Position numbers and translations under genes: made by a program. From Nemertoderma westbladi (Eukaryota > Animalia > Xenacoelomorpha): a stretch of 64,000 nucleotides of DNA. Shown in pieces: positions 1 to 13,213 of this stretch (positions within the stretch are counted from its first letter, which is position 1; each line of letters starts with the position of its first letter). Location: positions 16,011 to 80,010 of the forward strand of contig JAUCBJ010007050.1 of NCBI GenBank assembly GCA_032718475.1, written 5' to 3'. The notes under the pieces are model-generated. The model had not been told where the DNA came from. It worked only from the letters and a program-made list of their open reading frames with translations, and ran no database searches.

Positions 1-560
1 CTGACAGACAGTCTGGATAGGGTCAAAAGTGAAAACTGACAGCGGAAATGAAATCCTTGACCAGGAAAACCCCCATAGAGAGAAATTAGCAAATGTGATT
101 TCTTATATTTTTGATGGACAGACAGACAGACAGACATACCCCGACAGACAGTCTGGATAGGGTCACAAGTGAAAAATGACAGCGGGAATGAAATCCTTGA
201 CCAGGAAAACCCCCATAGAGAGAATTTTAATTAACTAATGTAATTCCTTATAATTTTGACAGACATACTGACCGACAGACAGACCGACAGACAGTATGGA
301 TAGGATCAAAAGTGAAAACTAACAGCGGAAATGAAATCCTTGACCAGGAAAACCCCCATAGCGACAATTTTAATTAGCTAATGTGATTCCTTATACTTTT
401 GATGGACAGACTGACAGACAGACCGACAGACAGTCTGGATAGGGTCAAAAGTGAAAACTGACAGCGGAAATGAAATCCTTGACAAAGAAAACCCCCATAG
501 CGAGAATGTTAGTAGATTTTATTATTTCTAAAGTCTTGACAGACAAACTGACAGAAAAAC
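1..560. repeat. Tandem satellite, ~140-bp unit, ~4 copies, with (GACA)n microsatellite spacers; runs off the window start
   Basis: gtctggatagggtcaaaagtgaaaactgacagcggaaatgaaatccttgaccaggaaaacccccatag recurs at ~11, 151, 294 and 433. Confidence 0.9.
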
Positions 561-783
561 TGTCAGACTTCAGAAATTCATGAATTAGGGTAGGGCACTT
601 GGGGGTTTGAATAATTTCCAGTTAGGTACCGAAAGGGTTAATACACAATGGACACCTAGACTCCATTCTAGATTCGTTTTTTTTTATTTTCTTTGCCCTG
701 AAGGGACAATAGGCTTAGTGTTGAGGCATCTTGTATATGATGCATTATCCTTCCATGTCTATATATCTAAAACTTTAAAGGTA

Positions 784-1035
784 ATTGACCTTTAAAGGTA
801 TTTCTTATGAATTGGGTAACCTCCACGCCAAACATATATTATATTTAAAACGCAAATTTTCTGCTAATGCCTGCCAGTCATCAATTATTTTATTATTAAA
901 TTAATTATTTTATCATTTATTTTATTTCAATTTATTGACCTTTAAAGGTATTTCTTACAAATTGGGTTGCCTCCATACCTAAAATATATTATATTTAAAA
1001 CACCAATTTTTCTGTTAATGACTGCCTGTGATCAA
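784..1035. repeat. Local ~150-bp-spaced direct duplication
   Basis: attgacctttaaaggtatttctta...atatattatatttaaaac at ~785 and ~934. Confidence 0.75.
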
Positions 1036-1885
1036 TCCTCTGTGGACCTTTGGGTTGTGGTGTAGATGTTAGTGGATGTTAGCGGATCCAATTCGCTGCA
1101 CTACCAAGCGGAAAATGGGGAAAGTGGCGTTTTACCAATTATCCTTGGGTATGCGATATTAGCAATAATACCGCAAACCAACGCACCAATGTATATTATC
1201 ATTGCCACACAGAGAGAGAGTTAATAAGGCACAAGCCATCTTAGGGGATGAGCACGTGTACCTTGAACAGGAGAGAAAAGGGATTGGCACTAGGAAATAG
1301 GAAAGTAGCCAATCATGGGGCAGAAAGCCACTTGATTGGTATGCATCCGCTGGCTAGGCCAATGTAGGTAGAAGTTTATTGTTGACAGTATTGACAATTC
1401 AGAGTGGCTAAAAATAAAAATAAACGAAAGTGTTATCCCTCCACCCATAACCCCTGATCAACCTGAAACAGCAAAATTCTGCCAACTAGATGGCAAAGCA
1501 GCATTTACTGGTCGACGCAAATTAGAGTATGAAGACTCCTCTGATGAGTTGAGTGCGATGCATGCGATGAGTTCACGAAATGAAATTGTCATACAGTACA
1601 TCTGCTTTGATGGCTGCAACATCTTCATCATTGCGTGCCGATGGGAAAACTCGAGCTTCTTCCATAGTGAATTCTGTTGTTGGTGATGATGACAGTGAAT
1701 ATACCTCCAAAGCTATCAATAGTGTTTTGGCAATTTTTCTAGATGCTTGACTTACCAAAGCAACATATCAACTTTTTCGTGCACATGCTTTAGGTAACAA
1801 TGCAAACTTATATCCCCCTTACCATCATATATATTAATTAAATTATTAATAATAAAATTAGCAACAAATGATTCTGGTCAAATAA

Positions 1886-3320
1886 GGTTCTAGAATACCG
1901 CATAATACTACCAGTGCGGCATACACTACAACTGGTAATCAACTGGAACGGAATGGTAGTAAAATAAATAAATTGGGGATTTATTTTAAATTATTATTGA
2001 GTGATATGAACTAATGTTCCAGAATACTACAGGTTCCAGATTATTACCAGCGCGGCATACACTACAACTGGTAATAAACTGTAATGGAATGGTAGTAAAA
2101 TAAATAAATTGGGGAATTATTTGAAATGATTATTGAGTGATATGAACTAATGTTCCAGAATACTACAGGTTCCAGATTATTACCAGCGCGGCATACACTA
2201 CAACTGGTAATAAAGTGGAGCGAAATTGTAGTAAAATAAATAAATTGGGGATTTATTTTAAATGATTATTGAGTGATATGAACTAATGTTCCAGAATACT
2301 ACAGGTTCCAGATTATTACCAGCGCGGCATACACTACAACTGGTAATAAAGTTGAGCGAAATGGTAGTAAAATAAATAAATTGGGGATTTATTTGAAATG
2401 ATTATTGAGTGATATGAACTAATGTTCCAGAATACTACAGGTTCCAGATTATTACCAGCGCGGCATACACTACAACTGGTAATAAACTGGAACGGAATGG
2501 TAGTAAAATAAATTACTTTGGGATTTATTTGACATGATTATTGGGTGATATGAACTAATGTTCCAGAATACTACAGGTTCCAGATTATTACCAGCGCGGC
2601 ATACACTACAACTGGTAATAAAGTGGAGCGAAATGGTAGTAAAATAAATAAATTGGGGATTTATTTTAAATGATTATTGAGTGATATGAACTAATGTTCC
2701 AGAATACTACAGGTTCCAGATTATTACCAGCGCGGCATACACTACAACTGGTAATAAACTGGAACGGAATGGTAGTAAAATAAATGACTTTGGGATTTAT
2801 TTGACATGATTATTGGGTGATATGAACTAATGTTCCAGAATACTACAGGTTCCAGATTATTACCAGCGCGGCATACACTACAACTGGTAATAAAGTGGAT
2901 CGAAATGGTAGTAAAATAAATTACTTTGGGATTTATTTGAAATGATTATTGAGTGATATGAACTATTGTTCCAGAATACTACAGGTTCCAGATTATTACC
3001 AGCGCGGCATACACTACAACTGGTAATAAAGTGAAGCGAAATGGTAGTAAAATAAATTACTTTGGGATTTATTTGAAATGATTATTGAGTGATATGAACT
3101 ATTGTTCCAGAATACTACAGGTTCCAGATTATTACCAGCGCGGCATACATTACAACTGGTAATAAACTGTAATGGAATGGTAGTAAAATAAATTACTTGG
3201 GGATTTATTTGAAATGATTATTGAGTGATATGAACTAATGTTCCAGAATACTACAGGTTCCAGATTATTACCAGCGCGGCATACACTACACCTGGTAATA
3301 AACTGAAACGGAATGATGGT
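1886..3320. repeat. Tandem satellite, 136-bp unit, ~10.5 highly similar copies, each with an internal inverted repeat
   Basis: gaactaatgttccagaatactacagg at 2008, 2144, 2280 and onward (136-bp period); each unit has ttattaccag...ctggtaataa. Confidence 0.95.
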
Positions 3321-3354
3321 AGTGAATTACATTTCTTGTCGTAATTCCTTCCAA

Positions 3355-3972
3355 TTAAAATACTTTTATTACTCGCAAATTAAATATTAATTCATGGATT
3401 ACAGTTTGGATGAGTAGAAATACATCGTTTGCATTCATGCGCGGATTGAGTCTAAAGTTGATGGCACCCAATAAATCTCGACGCATTTGTATATTCCCTT
3501 GCTCGTCCCCATTGCCAGGGAAACCCATTACAAAGGCAAATGGTTGCCATGGATGGAGGTTTGTATTGTTCGTTACTACAGTTCCTCGTCCAGTGCGGTG
3601 ATCTTCAAGGGCTCTCTTTAAATGGGCGGTCTCACCAATTAAATAAACCTCGGGGTATGGAAAACTAATTAAAATGTAAACAAACCCAATAGAGTCGTCG
3701 GGGATTTGAATATCACGGTAGAACGTAGTGCGTTGAGATGGTCTGGGCTGTTCTAGAACAGTGGATAAACCACTGCCAGCAGGGTAATCTCGCAATACGT
3801 TCATTTTTTCTAAACACTCCGAGATATATTTCAGGAATGTCGACTTTTGTCGTAATATAATTTTAATATATTTCATCGTATCTTGCCTACTTCCAATAAA
3901 GTACAAGCAATGAAGTCGACAGACTCTGGAGATTATCACCAGCAGTTGGGATTTCAACCAAAGGTTGTACAT
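3355..3972 (-). pseudogene. Helicase C-terminus fused in frame to a GIY-YIG endonuclease domain
   Basis: QLLVIISRV (SF1B motif VI-like) followed by GFVYILIS...YLIGETAHLKRALEDH...WQPFAFV. Confidence 0.75.
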
Positions 3973-4017
3973 GGATCTCTCAGGACCAAGTTGTGTTGCT
4001 AAGAGGAGGATTATAAG

Positions 4018-5350
4018 TCAAATTATTCGATGGACTGTGACGGCAGCAATATGCTGGACAGGCCACTGCTCACGGCGAGCTTTCTGGACATTTGGTCCAA
4101 CTTCCACCTCCTCTGAAATCCGTTTACTGAAGCGGACCAACGCATATTGGGCGATATTTGTAAGGTCAACAGCAGCAACACCAACCGGTACTAACCTACA
4201 CAAAAGTTTCGGTTCTGTGGCAGTGGGGAGTGCTTCAATCACTACGAGCTGACCCTGTGAGAACGTTTGGCCACTCACATTACCATTGAAAGTAACACGC
4301 ATTACGGCTCCAACTGGAATGAGGAGGGACCGTGCTTCCCTCACAGCATTGTCCAATAATGTGGAGACCCGGTCTGTGGCCTTTAACCAGGCACCAACAT
4401 GGCTCTCCATCTCGTCGTTAGACGTATATGTCTCACATACAAGTCCAGGTTGTTGGCGAAGTGACTGCAGGTAATTCGCGGTTGCTTCACGTTCAGCCTC
4501 TAGCTTTCCAACAACCCTTGTGGAGCCAGCTGGAACGTCGTCCCAAGAATCAACAAAGTGAGCCCTGGTGGAAATGAGCTCAATGGCTCGATCTTCTTCA
4601 AGTTCGAAGATCTCATGGGATCGAAGTATCTGGATTACTTCCTGGAGTTCAGGATCTGCGGCTGAGCGGACATAAGATTTAAGTAAAATTACTTTGTACA
4701 AGGTGAGGAACTGAGGGGAGAGCCAAAATAGTGAACCGCGAACTGGAGGGAGTTGCTCGCTGTCTCCAGAACAGATTACAAGTTTTCCACCGAATGGGAT
4801 TTTAGTCTTTGTAATAGTTTTCAGAATTTGGTCAAGAGTGGAAATCCATTCTGATGGAAATAGACCAATTTCATCTATTAAAATGACATCCAGGCGGTTT
4901 AGTATCGCGTATTTCTTACTTTTCACAAGAGTGAGAAGGCAGTCTTCTGATAAAGTTTTAACCTGCATGGTTTTGTCAGATTTACTCCCACTAAGGCCGA
5001 TCATAGAGTGGAAGTGTACCCCACCAAGTTCTCTCGCTTTATTGCTAGTTATTGCCGTTACAGCCAGATGCAACCCTCGAGAAATGGCATAAGCTCCAAC
5101 TTGGAGCATTATTTGTGTCTTACCGACCGACACCAGGAGGACCAACAAAAACGAGAGGCTTGACAAAATTGCTTTGAGGATCGCGGTACTTATTTATGCC
5201 GTCAATTCCAATACGTAGAGCATCAGTTTGTTCGTGATACGATACATCTGATTGGTCATGGTGGCGGGATAGATAATAAATCAGAGGGAACATCACGGGT
5301 AATAGTGTCGATACCTGGAGGAATGTCGATATTTTTCTCACGTAGAGCAA
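4018..5350 (-). pseudogene. PIF1-family SF1B helicase (frameshifted at Walker A)
   Basis: FVGPPGVG|KT, TAITSNKARELGGVHFHS, DVILIDEIG, PFGGKLVICSGDSEQLPPV, LKSYVRS, AAVTVH. Confidence 0.9.
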
Positions 5351-6123
5351 CTATAAATGAGTCCTTGGCCTTCCTCTCATAGGTTATTACCTCTGCGGTC
5401 TCCCTCTGTCGGAACAGACACTCCTGGGCCAAGGGCAGACTACTGTACTCGAGGGAGTTGCTTAGCAACAACGCCTTGAGGACTCTGTCTGCGGCTTCGA
5501 ACATCTTATTAAACTGTCTATGCGATATAGCGTTGTGGTATCCATCTCATCCAAATAGGAATATGGATGAAATCGGAATATGTTGTTATAATCGTCTTGG
5601 GTTATACAACAGGAGTCAGGGTTGAGTTTACTGTACTCAAAACTATCAACATAGTTAACTTTATATAAATCCTGTTCGGTTTCGAACTCACCTAGGGATA
5701 GTAAGAGGTGTTGGAGAAATTTATCTGTAGAGAAAGGCGTGATAGAGGTGAAAACAATGATTGCGGGTTTGGTTTGTGATTTATTTACGAATCGTTGAAT
5801 GTGTGGGCGACTGTTCTGTAGTATAGGATCTAAAACTTCGTCTAGTAACTCAGCAGCTAGAGGGACTCTGTTGTTAGCTTGGATTTGAAGGTGTTCGGCT
5901 GCCTTCACAACACCAGACGCTCGTAGTTTAACTTTATTGCCCAGTCCATTTATCCATTCCGACTCTCCAAACTCCAATGAAATTTTATGATCTTTATTCT
6001 ATTCAGAAGTGAAACATTTATGGTAGATTTCAAGAGACTGGAAAGTATTTCGTAATTCTGGTGGTCTTAGGTTAAACTTAGTTATGTATTCTGCGCAATA
6101 TGAGCTCTTTATATAATCTTTGA

Positions 6124-7634
6124 TCAGCAGTTCTTGTGAAGCTGTAAACTGTCGGCCAGTGGTAGTGCAGCTCGCTCAACTACAGGTTTGAGTTGGTCAT
6201 TGTTTATTATTATTCTTTGACTCTTCTGGATTGGATATTTGTGAAGAAATCCACATAGGTTTTCTGGAATGACACTTTGAATATGGAGGAATTGGACATT
6301 GGTGTTAAAGTAACCCAGATTAAGGCAATGGAAGACTAGTTCAGGTACCCCAATATTTCTAGTGGTGAATCCTTTGTCCTTGGTTGACCATCCATCCATC
6401 CATCCCGTACCAAGGTCTCGAAATCAGTGTTGAATGAGTCATGGAATAAACTTTTTGACTGGCAGCAGACTCGGCTGAGTGTCTCCGACTTGTCCTCCGG
6501 GTATAATGTTATTCCCATGTGGATGTGGGGTTTATTGCCGAGGGCGTTCTGATCCTGGAACTCATACCGCCAGAAATAATTACGAACATGCCCTATTGGG
6601 CGCTGCGGACTGTCCATGATCCATTTCATGACATGAGTCACGGTGCGATGCCAGGCACGAAGTAACAGGACAAACTGGCCCTCCAGTTGTTCTGCACACT
6701 CCGTGGGGGTGGCGACAGCGCACCTGTCAACGATGGCATTGTAGAGGGGAGCGACACCAGGAGTCTCGGAATCGTTACAAGTTAATGTTACGAAGTAATC
6801 CCAGGCTCCATCCTTGGTTAGGGCTGCAAGTTCATTCAATTTACGATGGGAGTCAATCTCATCGAAGTTGAGCTTGCTCTCTGGGAAGGAGTATCCGATT
6901 TCTTTGGGTTCAACCATGAACTCCAACCCCCGTTTTAAAACCAATGTTGGAGAATTTACTGCTAGTTGTTTGTTCAACAGAGTTGAAAAGGCCAAGGATA
7001 TATATGACAACGTAGTGGATGTTGGAATGGTGTTGTCCCTAAGTCGAATGGATAGGTGGTCTTCCAGACTGGCCAGACCTCTTTTGGTGTCCGTTCTACC
7101 ACTGTACATGATGGATGGCATTGCTCCAACAATGGAATTAAATTTGGAGCAGTAGAAAAGTGTTGGATATAAGATACCATCAGGATATGTAAGAGGTACA
7201 GTTCCATCATGGCTGAGGGAGATGATGTGGTGCATCAGTCTATTAAAGGAGGCGTTATTTGGGGGTTGGTGACGCCGACGGAGCACACCAAGTTCATTGT
7301 TGAGGAGTAGATGGATGTGGGAGGAACGATTTACATCATAGATGGGGATTCGATCCATCCTTGCTAATAGAGTTCCGTGGTCTCTATCAGCATCCATTAT
7401 CTCATTACACCCGAGAACCCCCATACTAAAATCTATGTTCTCAAAGTCCCTCTCTGGGTCGTCTTCAATGTCCTCATCGAGGAATATATGCAATGGATAC
7501 TCATCCGTGACTGGTAACTCTCTATCAGCAATGTTGCCATCGGGAATAACGTCGTCAACATGGGGAGTTGTATTACGTTGCACATGGACATTCTGCCCCT
7601 TCTTAAGTGTTTCCTTCCCGTGTTTAAAACACAA
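6124..7634 (-). pseudogene. Helitron HUH Rep/initiator domain; the catalytic Tyr motif region appears deleted near 6395
   Basis: Motif 1 YFVTLTCN and motif 2 YFWRYEFQDQNALGNKPHIH; the post-Rep RNIGVPE motif follows with no YxxKY in between. Confidence 0.8.
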
Positions 7635-9189
7635 ACCTGTACGGCAGTGTACAAAGGGAAGACCCCAAGGACAGCGCCATCTCGCAGAGAGACTCGTTTG
7701 AGAGGTGCTGGTGTGTCAGAAGACAGTCTCTGTGGGAGGAGCATCGCATAGTAGATTGGCCAGCAAAATGGGACAGTAGAGAGCTTGAAAGATTGTGATC
7801 CACCTTCTTTACAAATATTAATAATTCGAAATGTTTGAAGGTGGAATTCGTTGAAATTTCGAGATTAGTAATTTCCTTGGCCTTGCTGTCCTGGAAGGAA
7901 TAGTTGTCGTTCCATCGAAATACCGTTGCAGATGCAGTTGCTATAGCCTGAAGATAGTAGAGGTCATTGTGAAGAATAACACTCTGATTTTGTGGAGGTA
8001 TCAAAGGGCATTCCAGAACACCTCCAAGAAATCGCCATGTTCCATTACGAATAAACAATTAAATAGGGTCCCCATTGGAGTTGTTCAATTCCTGCCGAAT
8101 GGAGATCCCAGGGATGGTGGCTAGAACTGTAGCGCTTTCTGTTAAAATGGAGACTTGTGCATGGACATCTGTTACATCGTGTAAGGTCTCCTCGAGTTGA
8201 TTTTTAAATGAGTACCTCACTTTATTTAGTGCAGAATACACGTTTGCGGTTTGCGGTCCCCAGTTTGCGGTCTAAGACGAGACTCGGTGCCACTTCCCAA
8301 GAAAGTAATGTCGACCGAATCAACCAATCCTCCCATGTACCTTGTGCCAGATGAGGTTTCGGTTTAAACCAGGAGAAACTGGGGATCCACAAATGTAGAA
8401 AGTGGTGTAACTGTAGGAGGTTTCCCTCATCTATGAACTCCCCACAACCCATAGGGCACCGATGGCATAGCAGGGGAATTTGTTGAGGGCGTTTATGATC
8501 CGGCCATCCTTTAAACTCCCAACCTCGGTTGCAAACCATACCCTAGTTGACGTAATGTCATTAAAAGAGGGTGGGATATGGAGGTTTGCTCGGATCGATG
8601 GCGAATATCTATTTCCATTCCCTGAATGTTTGTGGAATAATCTTCCACACTGACCCTTCCGTGGCAGTGGTCACTAACGACCATAGATAGGCCGGTCCAC
8701 CATCACTCCACTTCGGATGAATTTAATTTGTTGTAAGGTAGGCCTTACATTGCCCACACAAAACGAATTCCCCACGACCACCACATTTCAATTCTCCAAA
8801 CTGTCGAGTAATATTCTTCCCACAAACGTCCTCAGTTGTACCTCCATCTTCTCCAGAGTTTGCCGAAGGCAGTTCTCACAACGCCCAACTGTTACAAAGT
8901 CCTGGCAATTGACCTCAGTGTCTGTCAATCCACCGTCGCTGTCTGATCCCTCCTCACTCGAGCTCCAACCGTCAATTTCCTCTTCCAACCTGTTGGTAAT
9001 GCCACCATCAGAAACAACACCAACATTAATGCGGTCATGCACTCCCTCACTGCTATTGGTTCCTCCAACGGGCTCCCTGGCAACATTAGACGGTCTGGGT
9101 GGAACTTCATTAATTGCATTTTGCAAAACAATAACTGCTGGGTTTGATGGTAACGGCAAGTATGTGTAGTGTCTAGACAACAGATTAAT

Positions 9190-9779
9190 TTGTGTACGCC
9201 GTATAAGGGATACACAGTGCGGTCCCAAATCGTGTATGTACCCTAGAAATATTTCCCTCCCAGTATATCGGCCCCCATGTTAATTACCCCAGTACCCGAA
9301 TTGAAAATACGTATATGTAAATTTAGAATGTTAGACAAAATAGAAAGTGAAAATTGATCCCCCCACTCTAGCCCTGTACGTACCCTATCTATATAACTTT
9401 GGTATGTGTAACCCGCTGGCAAGATTGGTAATAAAAAGTCCCTGTATATATCCCCCCGAGCCCACAGTTGATTTGCGACCAACCCTCTGAGTTCTTGAAT
9501 GGAATAGAGTCGCCCGGTTTCCATAAAGATTGAGTGGCGTATCGTCAGGTACATACAGTCGCCGCCGCCTCCGCATTCGATCGCACCCCGGCCGATGGTG
9601 TTGGCGTACTGGACGGCGGCGACTGTACCCTGAGAATGAGTGGCGGTGACGTTTCTGTAACCGTGGATATATAGCGTTGGTGGTTTGTCTATCGGCACTT
9701 CTATTCCCGCAGGAATCGCCAATGGACCTGAAACAATATATTTAATATATAGATATGAATGATTTCTGCGGCCCGACAT
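9190..9779 (-). pseudogene. OTU-like cysteine protease domain at the N-terminus of the Helitron-like protein
   Basis: GGGGDCMY (catalytic Cys loop), ELRGLVA, WGDQFSL, and a His motif GPHCVSL in the adjacent frame. Confidence 0.8.
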
Positions 9780-10387
9780 AATTTTAATATTCTGTAATAT
9801 AATTTGTTTAACTAATTTTTCATTTCATCAGAATACACCGCCACTGTAACCCCCCCCATTCCCTAATTGTTTTAAATTAAACGACTAATCACAAATTTCA
9901 AAACCACTAAACACATCATTATGGTGCTTGCGGCCAATTTGAGCCATTAACTCGTTACCTTTTACTACTACTATTTCGAATGAACTCGGATAATTAACTC
10001 GTTACGACTGTTATAAAAAAAACTTACTGTTAATACAACAGTAAACAATGTGACCAAGATCCTAGAAGACTAGTTTACAGCAAGAAACGATATATTCATA
10101 TTGTACTAAGCTCTATTTAAACATATAACATCCTCACAATTAATTTTTTTATCACTAAAATAAATCATTCTTCAACTGTTTTTATTACGTTTTTTCACTA
10201 AATTTAATCGTTCATAATTATTCAAAGAACCGGTACATTTTGTTGGTTATAAAAGCATACCTCTGTCAGGCCCGTGATGCACTGGTAAGTTGTATGTCAT
10301 AAGTCGAAATAAATTATGGAACACATTGGTTTCAATGGGAGCATCTCCATTGGTATGCCATAAGTCATAAGGCGTTTGTTGTAAGCA

Positions 10388-10522
10388 TTTGGTCCAGGAC
10401 AATTCGGTCCAGGACAATTCGGTCCAGGACAATTCGGTCCTGGACAATTCGGTACCATTAATATGCATGTTTTGGGACCGAATTGTCCTAGTCAGTATCC
10501 GGACAATTCGGCCCCGGACAAA
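10388..10522. repeat. 15-bp ggacaattcggtcca tandem units with an inverted copy; MITE/foldback terminus remnant
   Basis: About four direct units at 10391-10455, inverted gaccgaattgtcc at ~10476, and another unit at ~10500. Confidence 0.6.
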
Positions 10523-10580
10523 TAATATAATGTAGAATCATCAATCAATCAACCAATGAATCAATAATTGTACCACCACT

Positions 10581-10770
10581 CTCCCTGACCACCACCTTCA
10601 GCTGCGCCTCCCTGACTGCCACCTCCAGCTGCGCCTCCCTGACCACCACCTCCAGCTGCGCCTCTCTGACCACCACTTCCAGCTGCGCCTCCATGACTGC
10701 CACCTCCAGCCGCGTCTCCCTGACCATCACCCCCAGCTGTGCCTCCCTGACTGCCACCTCCAGCCGCGCC
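10581..10770. repeat. 27-bp GC-rich minisatellite, ~7 copies
   Basis: ccctgaccaccacctccagctgcgcct repeated. Confidence 0.9.
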
Positions 10771-11169
10771 GAAACATTATATCCTCTTATCAGCAGCACA
10801 CGAACTACTGGAGCTGCAATTTGTAACTGCAGATGGCGCCACTGGATAATGATGTTACCCACGGGAGTTGCTTATTAAATATGGACAACGGGTAGCGATG
10901 GCTGCTCGCTATCCGCACCATAGCCAGCTTTACCCAGCCAATGACATACCAGCCGCTGGTAACATTAATATTGTCGATGAAATTCGAAACAAAGTCATCG
11001 AGTTCGTCCACATCAGCAGCCAGTAACTCGCCTGGATCATGAACGAACTCATTGCGGTCAACATGTAACTCGTCAGCATGGGAAAGACCTTACGGTTGGT
11101 GGTGCAGGATTCCATAGGGACTGAACCACATTGAGGGTGTTGTTTATTGGTCTTATATGGTTTTCTTCC

Positions 11170-11850
11170 CACTCTTCACTGTCATAAATTCTACTGTCCT
11201 GACATCTCCGTCTCTTCCTGTCTTTGTACCCACTACTCTTGTTAGTATCCAGTCAAATTTCTTTAATGTAACGCCTGTTACAATCACTATGTGTTTACTT
11301 GTAGATTCCTTTTCTCTACCTGCCACTTCTGTCTCTTATGTAGAGTGGGAAGGTACTCCTCTACCCATATCTTCCAGAATATTCTCGAAACTTCATGTTC
11401 TACCTTCCAGGTTCTCTTACTGTAGTTGTCTCTGTCATCGAATAACTACCATGTCAGTACCTGTACCAGCCATTGTAACAACAGGTGGCTAGGTGTTAAT
11501 ACCTTATGACTCCGGGTCGTCATTTTGCGCACACAACGGTCTACTGTTCATCGTTGCTGCTGTCTCTGCAAATATCGTTGCTAGTGTAACCTCATTAAGA
11601 CATCTGTTCTTGGTTACCACTATCATTTGTCGCTTTGCCTATCCTATCAACAGTTCCCACACTCCCAATGAGTGTGGTGCGTATGGTGTATGGAATTTCC
11701 ATTCTATTCCATTCCTCATCGCTGTTGCTTTAACCTCCGGCGTCTGTGTGTATTGATATAGCTTCTTAAGTTCTTTGTTCGTTCCCACAAAATTCCCTCC
11801 ATTATCTGAACTTATCTTCTTTATTCCTCCGTGATAACAGTTTCTATTTC
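11170..11850 (-). pseudogene. BEL/Pao integrase remnant
   Basis: Manual minus-strand translation gives ISSDNGGNFVG, GIEWKFHTPYAPHSLGVWE and TGRDGDVRTV (C-terminal DUF5641-like); in-frame stops. Confidence 0.85.
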
Positions 11851-13213
11851 TCTATCATGAATCTCAAGAAATGACAGAGCACTGTATCAATGAGTCAATA
11901 GCTTTATGTAGTATGCTCATCACACTCGTGGTCTTTGAAACAGTGACGCCTTTGTAAATTACTGTATATGGTACAGTAAACTTTGTGTAAACTTGGTTGT
12001 TGTCTACAGACAACTCTGAAACTCGCTGATGTGGTGTATGAACAGTCTATCATTTCTTCATTGTCAACTTTAGGAACAGCACAACATTTCCTGTGCTTTA
12101 AAATATGCACTCGCTCTTCATTTGGGACCCGTTTCCCATTTTACTTTCCCACTTACCGTTTCCCAATTACCATTTACCTTATGGTGCTCCCTCATGTACC
12201 GTGTAATATTAATAATTTTCTTATTGCAGGCCTGGCATTCTTTATGATATCGCTTGGTTACACCACCCGAAGACTTGCGTCCGAATTGCCAGTTTTCACA
12301 TTGACAAAATATTGGTCTTCCAGTGTCTGGGGTTCATTGTCCTCAGAATCATCACAGTAAGATGAAGAATAATTAGGATCCATGTCCAATCCAATCCAAT
12401 CAGGATCATTGGTATCTTGCAATTGCGGGATTTTTATAGCAGCGTGGTCTTTGAAACAGTGATGCCTTTGTAAATTACTGTATATGGTACGTCTTTGTGT
12501 AAACTTGGTTGTTGTCTACAGCAACTTGTATATCACCGCACAAATTGTCATTGCTGTAAGTTACAGTTACACTCACTACAAGTTCCATTCTCTATCCTGT
12601 CAATCATTAAGTTATATAGAATGGACTAGACTCAGCCTAACGTTTGCGTAGTGTTCAGTTCATTACATTGAGGTATGGTTGTCGATGGAAGATTACACTC
12701 CCACTGTACCTTGTATTGCCAGCCTCTGACGTAAATAATATTTAAAATATAAACTCTAATTGATTAAATCCACACACATCCGCACATTGTTAACGTCCGT
12801 GGGCTACTGGGCTCTGGAATAATTTAAAATCGTATTGAACTTACAAATAAATGTAGGATCACACACTGTATTTATTACTATTGAACATATTTTGAGTAAT
12901 AAAGAGTAAAACACAATGTTTGTGTAATTATTAATAGAATAATAAATATTAGTTTATTTTCATTTATTAGTTTAATTAATAAATTAGACAGGGGCTAAAA
13001 CTGGGCGACTAAATAAATGTATGTTATTAACCACGGGCCTTCCAATTTTCATTTCCTATACACATTGACAATCTACTTACTATACAAACACTGCTTGCTG
13101 TAAAGAGGAGTACAGGGGTAGATAATTGGGTGTTCAATTATTATAGTCTTAAAAATAAATATGGGCTATTAATTATTAGCAGCCCACTTACACGCTGCCT
13201 AACACGCTGTATC

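Larger units (their letters stand above)
3355..9779 (-). mobile_element. Degenerate Helitron-like rolling-circle transposon coding region (OTU - Cys-rich - HUH Rep - PIF1 helicase - GIY-YIG); termini not resolved
   Basis: Collinear minus-strand ORF fragments carry Rep motifs YFVTLTCN and YFWRYEFQ...PHIH and PIF1 motifs GPPGVG, ILIDEIG, GDSEQLPPV and QLLVIISRV; many frameshifts and stops. Confidence 0.85.

Noticed and set aside
1530-1600. CTGATGA...GAAA resembling a hammerhead core
   Set aside because: Stems II and III are marginal and stem I cannot form; likely chance.
1886-3320. Regular repeat resembling a CRISPR array
   Set aside because: Whole units repeat with no unique spacers, no cas genes, eukaryotic context.
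10545-10878. ORFs over the 27-bp minisatellite
   Set aside because: Repeat-derived; no domain evidence.
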